Assembly: GCA_023270015.1 (NCBI GenBank)
Contig: JAGDXZ010000030.1
Location: forward strand, 1 to 45,615
Source of the DNA: Candidatus Micrarchaeota archaeon
GTDB taxonomy: Archaea; Micrarchaeota; Micrarchaeia; Micrarchaeales; CABMGC01
Direction: 5' to 3'
Length of the DNA: 45,615 nt
Shown here: piece by piece, positions 28,524 to 34,626 of the stretch
Position numbering within the stretch: the first letter of the stretch is position 1
Layout: every line of letters starts with the position of its first letter
Notes under the pieces: generated by a model
Told to the model about the DNA's origin: nothing
The model's database searches: none
Seen by the model: only the letters and a program-made list of their open reading frames with translations
Made by a program: the position numbers and the translations under genes

Positions 28524-28609
28524 CGGGGTCGCCGAGATTTGAATTCCCGAATATTTCTCGGGTCATGCGCTCCCTAAGCGCAGAGCCTACCAGGCTAGCA
28601 GACGACCCC
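28524..28609 (-). tRNA. tRNA-Pro, anticodon AGG, with a 13-nt intron at 53/54 (28544-28556)
   Basis: GGGGTCG/CGACCCC acceptor stem, TGCGC-TTAGGGA-GCGCA anticodon arm, CCGAG-[AAATATTCGGGAA]-TTCAAAT-CTCGG T-arm; lies at the usual rpoN-tRNAPro position. Confidence 0.9.
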
Positions 28610-28666
28610 GCAAAGCACTAACCTGGCCTAACATATTAACCTATTTATTCATAAATGCTTTTCGTT

Positions 28667-28867
28667 TCATTTACGCGTATACTCTATTATTTCATCTATC
28701 AAGTCCACATGACTTATAAGCATCCTTCTGCAGCAGTACCTTTTTACTCCTAGCTCGTCTAGTACCTTTCCAGCATCTTCGCCGTTCTTATGCACGCGCC
28801 TGTCGAACTCTTCCCACTTGTCTGCTATTACTTGGCCGCACGAAAAGCATCTCACCGGTATCATCAT
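28667..28867 (-). CDS. rpoN: RNA polymerase subunit Rpo10 (N)
   Basis: [11 protein letters not shown]...RYCCRRM. Confidence 0.97.
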   Translation of the reverse strand: MMIPVRCFSCGQVIADKWEEFDRRVHKNGEDAGKVLDELGVKRYCCRRMLISHVDLIDEIIEYTRK

Positions 28868-28871
28868 AGTA

Positions 28872-29351
28872 TCACCTATAAGACTTCTGGAACCTAGCCC
28901 TTGCCTTAGGCCCTTTGAACTTCTTAGGCTCAACCTGCCTAACATCATCTATAATGAGGCTTCTGTCATAAGTGGCGTAGATCTTCTTCACTACCTCATC
29001 CTTGCTTGCATTTACTATGACTTTTGCTATCGCACTTCTCGCCGCCTGCATTTGCCCGCTTATGCCTCCGCCCTTAACGCTCACAGCAATGTCTGAGCTC
29101 TTTGCAATTTCTTTGGTTATCTTTGAAAGGTTTATGGGCTCTAGCACAATGGTCCTCAAATACTTGTTCTCTATTGCATTAACATCCTTCCCGTTTATTG
29201 TAAGCCTGCCGGATCCCGGAACAAGCCTCGCCCTTGCCCTTGCTTCTTTTCTTCTTGCGTGAGCAGTCACTACTTTTTTCTTTGCTTTCTTCTTAGCCTT
29301 CTGCTGCAACTGCTTTTCTTCCTGAACCTGAGCTTGCTGCTCTTCAGCCAT
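28872..29351 (-). CDS. rps9: 30S ribosomal protein uS9
   Basis: [30 protein letters not shown]. Confidence 0.97.
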   Translation of the reverse strand: MAEEQQAQVQEEKQLQQKAKKKAKKKVVTAHARRKEARARARLVPGSGRLTINGKDVNAIENKYLRTIVLEPINLSKITKEIAKSSDIAVSVKGGGISGQMQAARSAIAKVIVNASKDEVVKKIYATYDRSLIIDDVRQVEPKKFKGPKARARFQKSYR

Positions 29352-29355
29352 TTTT

Positions 29356-29787
29356 TCACCTATTGTATCCTAGCTTTCTGGAAAGCTCCAGAATACTTAT
29401 GCTCTTCTCAATAACGTCCTTTTTTGTTTTTACAGGCAAGGAATATAATTGCTTGCCCTGGTATTGCTTAGGCAAGCCCATGAAAACTTTGAGCCTCTTA
29501 TAAGCGAGCTTTCCTTTTGTTTTCTTGAAAGGCAGCATTCCTCTAATTATCCTCTTTACTAAAAGATCTGGCCTCCTTGAGACATAAGGCGAGTGCTCTG
29601 GATTTGCCTTATCCTTAAACTCTACCTTCTGCTTGTAATTCTCTACGATGTCGTCGACATGGCCGCTTATCACTGCTTTTTCTGCATTTACCAAGACTAC
29701 GCTGTCACCATTGAGCAGCATCTTGGCTACTTTGCTCGCAAGCCTTCCCAAAATCTTTGAATCACAATCTATTATGTATTCGGCCAT
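29356..29787 (-). CDS. rpl13: 50S ribosomal protein uL13
   Basis: ILGRLASKVAK, VNAEKAVISG, RIIRGMLP. Confidence 0.97.
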   Translation of the reverse strand: MAEYIIDCDSKILGRLASKVAKMLLNGDSVVLVNAEKAVISGHVDDIVENYKQKVEFKDKANPEHSPYVSRRPDLLVKRIIRGMLPFKKTKGKLAYKRLKVFMGLPKQYQGKQLYSLPVKTKKDVIEKSISILELSRKLGYNR

Positions 29788-29883
29788 TTAATTGCCACGA
29801 TGTAGTTATTATTTCTGTTAGCATTTATTTATAACTGTTACGCTTTAAGCTCTAAACGCGAGTTTCTTCTAGAGCGCGTAAAT

Positions 29884-29982
29884 TGCGGGGGGTGAGATTT
29901 GAACTCACGCAGGTTCTAAACCACAGGAGTTCTGCGGCAAGACCTCAGTCCTGCGCATTTGGCCAAGCTCTGCCACCCCCGC
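29884..29982 (-). tRNA. tRNA-Leu(GAG) with a 13-nt intron at canonical 37/38 (29930-29942)
   Basis: GCGGGGG/CCCCCGC acceptor stem, CAGGA-CTGAGG[TCTTGCCGCAGAA]C-TCCTG, long variable arm, GTGAG-TTCAAAT-CTCAC. Confidence 0.92.
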
Positions 29983-30555
29983 TTATTTTTTAAGCGCATC
30001 TTCGGTGATGTCGAGCGCCTTTTCAAGCACGGCCAAGGTTTTCTCAAGTATTTCGCCTGCAGGCATCTGGCCGAAAGTCTCTATGTAAAACTCAAACTCA
30101 TCATCGCCGAGCTGCTTGTAAGTAATGTAGCCTGGCTGGAACTTTGCATGCCTTGATCCGGTGCCCATGACCGCAGTACCTTCCAGCCGTATGTGCTGGC
30201 CTTCTGCAAGCTTTATTATTGGAATCTTCTCGTTGGCAACCTTTACTTTCTTGTCCTCGCTCTTTAGCTCGCTTGAATAAACAGTCTTAGGGCCTTCTGC
30301 CTCTAGCGAGAACAGTATTTTATCCTTTTCGTCGTATCCCTTCGAAGGTGTTATGATTGGTATGAGCCCTATCCTGTGAGCAATGTATTCGTCAAACATA
30401 GCACTTGTGTTTTCGTAGAAGGTAACCGTGTCTATGGCAAACGTAGGTACGCTTCCCATGGCAATTCTTCTTATTGCGTTTGCAAACGCAGCATTTATGC
30501 CACTAATAGTAAACCTCACTGCAAAGGGGCTGTTCTCTAAAAACTTAATTTGCAT
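29983..30555 (-). CDS. rpoD: RNA polymerase subunit Rpo3 (D), short form
   Basis: FANAIRR, ENTSAMFDEYIAHRIGLIP, HAKFQP; 190 aa, no Cys. Confidence 0.95.
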   Translation of the reverse strand: MQIKFLENSPFAVRFTISGINAAFANAIRRIAMGSVPTFAIDTVTFYENTSAMFDEYIAHRIGLIPIITPSKGYDEKDKILFSLEAEGPKTVYSSELKSEDKKVKVANEKIPIIKLAEGQHIRLEGTAVMGTGSRHAKFQPGYITYKQLGDDEFEFYIETFGQMPAGEILEKTLAVLEKALDITEDALKK

Positions 30556-30606
30556 AGCACCAACTCAAAAGCAGTCAAATATTAAATTAACCGAATATAT
30601 ATAAAA

Positions 30607-31218
30607 ATGTGTGGTAGTGTGGATTTCTTCAAAGCATACCTCGATGCGAAAAAACGACAGGGGTTTGGAAATACACAAATAAGGATCGCTTCTGCCGAAA
30701 GGCCACATGTTTCTCTATCTTCACTTAGAGGCAACTTTATAGAAATAAAATATAAGCAAAGCACAATTGTGGAGTATGCTGAAAAAAGATATGTGCTTGT
30801 AAAGTCTTTAGACTATGATCTTCTCATAAGCGTTTATGATGTCAACACAAGCCGTGTTTTCGCCTTTAGAGCTGCAAAACAGGAAGATATGAAAAAACTT
30901 CTTTACAACTTTCTCAAAAGGCTTAAAAAGCCAAATTTGGAGCTTAGAGCAATAGGTATGCAGAACCTCAGAGAAGGCTATGGTGCTGACTTGCTTGCGA
31001 ACATAGAGCTTGCTTATACTGCGCTAAAGCCCAATGTTAGGCTTGTTGAATTGGATCTTTTTGGAAATGAGACAAGGCACATAGCAATAGATACTAAGAC
31101 AGGCTCCAGCAACGATGTTCTTATTTATGACCGCTTCTACAAGCCTGGCGAGCTCACGACGCAGACAAGCTTCGAGCAATTTCAGAGCTTAGTACTTGGC
31201 CACCCTACAAAAGTTTGA
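30607..31218 (+). CDS. Hypothetical protein with a CheD-like fold pattern
   Basis: LISVYD..., LELRAIG, ELDLFGNETRHIAIDTKTG resemble CheD structural motifs. Confidence 0.55.
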   Translation: MCGSVDFFKAYLDAKKRQGFGNTQIRIASAERPHVSLSSLRGNFIEIKYKQSTIVEYAEKRYVLVKSLDYDLLISVYDVNTSRVFAFRAAKQEDMKKLLYNFLKRLKKPNLELRAIGMQNLREGYGADLLANIELAYTALKPNVRLVELDLFGNETRHIAIDTKTGSSNDVLIYDRFYKPGELTTQTSFEQFQSLVLGHPTKV

Positions 31219-31756
31219 GTTCGTACAAGTTTTCATACACAGGTCCTTCAGGAGTAAGGGTGCTTTTCTTTAGCGCTATGGCCCCTACTTCAAAGTCTCC
31301 AAATTTTTCGCTTTTGTGCTTCTCAATAAGGTTGAGAAGCGGGGCTTTGTCCTTTATATATTTAACCCTAGCTATGGTGAAGTGAGGGACATAAGGAAGG
31401 CTGTGTTCGTATGGTACGCCTGCCTCTGCAAGCGCGTTTCCTATAATTGAAAAAGCAGTCTTCAGTTCCTGTACCCCTTTGCTTATTCCTAGATAAACCA
31501 CTTTTATGAATTTTGGCGAGAAATAGGAAACGCCCTCAAAAGAAACTGGAAATCGGGCTATTGAAATGCTGCTCAGGGCTTTTGTTGCTGCCTGTGCCTT
31601 CTGCTCATCAACTTCCCCTATGAAGTTAAGGGTTATGTGCATTGCTTCTTTCTTCACAAACGTAAAGGAGCCTTGCAAAGATTTTATCTCCTGCTCAAGA
31701 AGCTCTGCCTTTTCTTTTACTTCTTCTGGCACATCGATTCCTATAAAAAGCCTCAT
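31205..31756 (-). CDS. thpR: RNA 2',3'-cyclic phosphodiesterase (2H family)
   Basis: MRLFIGID, HITL and HFTI 2H motifs, STLTPEGPVY. Confidence 0.93.
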   Translation of the reverse strand: MRLFIGIDVPEEVKEKAELLEQEIKSLQGSFTFVKKEAMHITLNFIGEVDEQKAQAATKALSSISIARFPVSFEGVSYFSPKFIKVVYLGISKGVQELKTAFSIIGNALAEAGVPYEHSLPYVPHFTIARVKYIKDKAPLLNLIEKHKSEKFGDFEVGAIALKKSTLTPEGPVYENLYELKLL

Positions 31757-31780
31757 GAATAACACATATTAGGTGGTTTT

Positions 31781-32119
31781 ATAACTGACATTATTGACAT
31801 AGAAGAATTTAAAAAGGCAGACCTGAGGGTTGGCAAGATTGTAAAGGTTGAGCCTCATCAGCAGGCAAAGAAGCCGATGTACATAATTACAGTGGACCTT
31901 GGCGAAGAGCTTGGAGCAAGAACAATAGTCGCTGGAATAAGGGAACAGTATGGTGAAGAAGAGCTTGTTGGCAAGCTCATTGTTTGTGTTGCAAACCTCA
32001 AGCCAAAAAACGTTGCTGGAGTGGAATCACAAGGTATGCTGCTTGCTGCTGAAGATAATGGAGTAATATCTCTACTTACGCCAAACAAAGAAGTCAGACC
32101 AGGAAGTAAAATAAGATAG
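31781..32119 (+). CDS. Stand-alone tRNA-binding OB-fold protein (Trbp111/CsaA/MetRS C-domain); probable ATA start
   Basis: The frame upstream of ATG 31877 encodes IDIEEFKKADLRVGKI; downstream RTIVAGI, NLKP, ESQGMLLAA. Confidence 0.88.
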   Translation: MTDIIDIEEFKKADLRVGKIVKVEPHQQAKKPMYIITVDLGEELGARTIVAGIREQYGEEELVGKLIVCVANLKPKNVAGVESQGMLLAAEDNGVISLLTPNKEVRPGSKIR

Positions 32120-32695
32120 GTGGGAAATTTGATAATAGGCATAACGGGCTATACCGGATCTGGAAAAAGCACAGTGGCAGAGATCTTACATGAAAAAGGG
32201 TTCAAGATTGTGGAAATGAGGGATGCGGTAGTGGAAGAGATGAAGAAAAGGGGCATGGAGATAAATTCGAAAAGCATGAGAGAGTTCGCTACAAAGCTTA
32301 GGGAGGAGGAAGGAAACGATGTTGTGGCTAGACTTACCTATGAAAAAATAAAGGGGGAAAAGGGAAATGTGGCGATAACCGGCATGAGAAGCACGTATGA
32401 AGAGGAATATTTCAGAAACAAGATCAAAAACTTCTTGGTTTTGGCAGTCGTCGCCCCTGAAAGAACAAGGTTTGAGAGAATAAAAAAGAGGAACAAGCCT
32501 GATGACCCGAAAACTTTTGAGGAATTCAAAAGAATAGAAAGCATGGAGCTAAACGGGTTCTCTGGAAAGAGGGACCCTGCCCATGGTCTCCAAAGCCTAA
32601 TAGACCATGCAGACCTAGTAATATTCAACACAAGCACCAAGACAAACCTCAAAAAGGACGTGGAAAAGCTAGTCGAATATTTGGAAAAGGCCTAG
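32120..32695 (+). CDS. P-loop nucleotide kinase (archaeal dephospho-CoA kinase-like/UPF0200 family)
   Basis: IIGITGYTGSGKST, LREEEG, GMRS, RFERIKKR. Confidence 0.85.
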   Translation: MGNLIIGITGYTGSGKSTVAEILHEKGFKIVEMRDAVVEEMKKRGMEINSKSMREFATKLREEEGNDVVARLTYEKIKGEKGNVAITGMRSTYEEEYFRNKIKNFLVLAVVAPERTRFERIKKRNKPDDPKTFEEFKRIESMELNGFSGKRDPAHGLQSLIDHADLVIFNTSTKTNLKKDVEKLVEYLEKA

Positions 32696-33381
32696 AAAAG
32701 AACTGCCCTGGTAAACATGCTCATTATGAAGGCTAGCACAAACATTATTACAAGATCGCCTATTAGCCAAGGCGTTGGGAATATGAGAAGCAGCAATGCA
32801 AAGATAACGGCCATTATTGCAAAATAGACTAGCTTGTTCCACCTAAACACTTTGCTTCCATCAAGAGGGAATATGGGCAGCATGTTGAAAAAGGCCAGTA
32901 TTATGCTTATTAGCATAGTGTAGAAGAACATTTGGTATAGATAGCTATGCACGGGCACTAGGAGGCTCAGTGCAAAGAAGGCTATAAAAACTGCAAAGTT
33001 GGTAAGCGGTCCTGCAAGAGAGACGTATGCGTCTTCCTTTTTTGTGAAATAGCTAGTGTAGATTACCGTAGCGCCAGGCAGGCCTATCAAAAAGCCAAAC
33101 ATACTAGTAAGCAGTGTAATAATCAATCCAGTATCTGATTTTCTAAAAGCAGCTACTGCTCCGTAGTGCTCAGCAACTACCTTGTGCATATATTCGTGTA
33201 AAACAAAAGAAAAAGTCACTGCAACTAACGCAATAGGAAAGAAAAAAGCCAAAGCGCCGATGCCCGGTGCACTTTCTATGCCTCCGTTGAAAACAAAATC
33301 AAAAGCCAAAGTCAAGACTAGATCGGCGATTAGCAAGTCTTTAATTTCCCTGCTAAGTCCAATATGCTCTCTTGCAAACAT
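32692..33381 (-). CDS. Site-2 protease (M50) intramembrane metalloprotease
   Basis: HEYMH, AGPLTN, FNMLPIFPLDG. Confidence 0.93.
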   Translation of the reverse strand: MFAREHIGLSREIKDLLIADLVLTLAFDFVFNGGIESAPGIGALAFFFPIALVAVTFSFVLHEYMHKVVAEHYGAVAAFRKSDTGLIITLLTSMFGFLIGLPGATVIYTSYFTKKEDAYVSLAGPLTNFAVFIAFFALSLLVPVHSYLYQMFFYTMLISIILAFFNMLPIFPLDGSKVFRWNKLVYFAIMAVIFALLLLIFPTPWLIGDLVIMFVLAFIMSMFTRAVLF

Positions 33382-33437
33382 TTAACCTAACCAAAGTAAG
33401 TTGGATATTTATTTATTAACAGCAGTAATATAAAAGA

Positions 33438-33510
33438 AGCTCCATCGTCTAGAGGTCAAGGATGGCGGGCTCTGGACCCGCAGACGCCAGTTCGAATCTG
33501 GCTGGAGCTA
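33438..33510 (+). tRNA. tRNA-Gln(CTG)
   Basis: AGCTCCA/TGGAGCT acceptor stem, GCGGG-CTCTGGA-CCCGC, GCCAG-TTCGAAT-CTGGC. Confidence 0.96.
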
Positions 33511-33643
33511 ATTTTGTGTTGTGTAAGAGTGGAGTGCCACTAATCAAAGTTTTATTTTTCTATATTTTATAATAAAAATAAGCAATTAACAAAAACAAAA
33601 TAAATATAAAAACAGAGGAAAAATAGTGGCACTCAACCCTGTA

Positions 33644-33718
33644 TAGCGAGGGGTGGATTTGAACCACCGATCTCTGGGTTATGAGCCCAGCGGGTACTCC
33701 AAACTACCCCACCTCGCT
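33644..33718 (-). tRNA. Initiator tRNA-Met(CAT)
   Basis: A1-U72 pair, three G-C pairs in CTGGG-CTCATAA-CCCAG. Confidence 0.96.
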
Positions 33719-33742
33719 TTATTGTTTAATTTCTCCTTTCAA

Positions 33743-34447
33743 TTAAATAACTTTTTCTTTTGCAAGAAGCAGAGATTTAGCTTCTTCTTTGCTTAGCCTT
33801 TTCAAAGGTTTGCCACAATCAGGGCATTTGAAAGAATGCTCGAATGCAACGTCAAATGGCAAAACAACTTTGTTATAGTCGAAACATTTCTCGCACACAA
33901 AGAAATCATCACAGTCTTCAGGCAGGCCTATCCCCGCTTCTTCCTTCTTTGTGCTTATGTTGCTGTTGAATTCAAGCAGCTTCTCAACATCAACATACCA
34001 ATGGAATGTTAGCCAACCTTTAGAATCTTTTTCAGTGTCGTATTTTGTTATGCCATAGCCGCTGAGCAGGTTCAGCACACGTCTAACCTCATTAACCTTT
34101 ACATTAAGCTCGTTTGCAAGCGCATCGTCTGTCTTTGGAACAGTGAGCCTCTTCATTACTTCAACGCCGTATCTGCCCACGTTTGTGTGTATGTACTCTA
34201 CAAAAGCATCGTTAGCAAGCACAGTGTTTATAGCTTCAAGCACCTTCTTAGCCTGCTCCCTTTTCTGCTGCCTTTCTAGCCTCTTCTTTTCTAGCTCCTT
34301 AGCCTTTTTCTTAGCTTCTATGCTTATTTTAGCTTTAGCTTTTGCCAAAGCCTTCTTGCGACTAGCCTTAGCAGCATTAACCTTGTTTTCCTGCCTTTTT
34401 ACCTTTTTAGAATGAGCAGTACTCTTGCTTGCTGCCCTGCCTTTCAA
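33743..34447 (-). CDS. tfe: Transcription factor E (TFE alpha) with a Lys/Ala-rich N-terminal extension (probable TTG start at 34447)
   Basis: TDDALANEL...VNEVRRVL, GWLTFHW, FFVC...FKCPDCGKPL; GGTGA SD before the TTG. Confidence 0.9.
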   Translation of the reverse strand: MKGRAASKSTAHSKKVKRQENKVNAAKASRKKALAKAKAKISIEAKKKAKELEKKRLERQQKREQAKKVLEAINTVLANDAFVEYIHTNVGRYGVEVMKRLTVPKTDDALANELNVKVNEVRRVLNLLSGYGITKYDTEKDSKGWLTFHWYVDVEKLLEFNSNISTKKEEAGIGLPEDCDDFFVCEKCFDYNKVVLPFDVAFEHSFKCPDCGKPLKRLSKEEAKSLLLAKEKVI

Positions 34448-34544
34448 AAAATCACCAATATTATTTTCGCTTCGGAGATATATAAACATATCTAAAGTTT
34501 AACCTAGTACTTATTGTTTTTGTGATTTTGTAAAATTTTTCAAG

Positions 34545-34618
34545 CGGGCCTGGTGGGATTCGGACCCACGACTTACTGGTTAAGAGCCAGTCACTCTACC
34601 AAGCTGAGTTACAGGCCC
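34545..34618 (-). tRNA. tRNA-Lys(CTT)
   Basis: GGGCCTG/CAGGCCC acceptor stem, ACTGG-CTCTTAA-CCAGT; T-loop TCCGAAT. Confidence 0.94.
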
Positions 34619-34626
34619 ACAATATA

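Noticed and set aside
28571..28577. Alternative reading of the anticodon as TAG (Leu) or GGG (Pro)
   Set aside because: The 5-bp stem fixes a 7-nt loop with AGG central; the short variable region and the locus fit Pro
28868..28948. ORF-track extension of rpoN (and similar extensions of rps2, rpl12 and the thermosome gene)
   Set aside because: They overlap neighbouring genes or tRNAs, or precede SD-supported conserved starts
33511..33643. AT-rich stretch between convergent tRNA-Gln and tRNA-iMet as a possible integration scar
   Set aside because: No duplicated tRNA 3' end or integrase; T-tracts on both strands are explained as terminators
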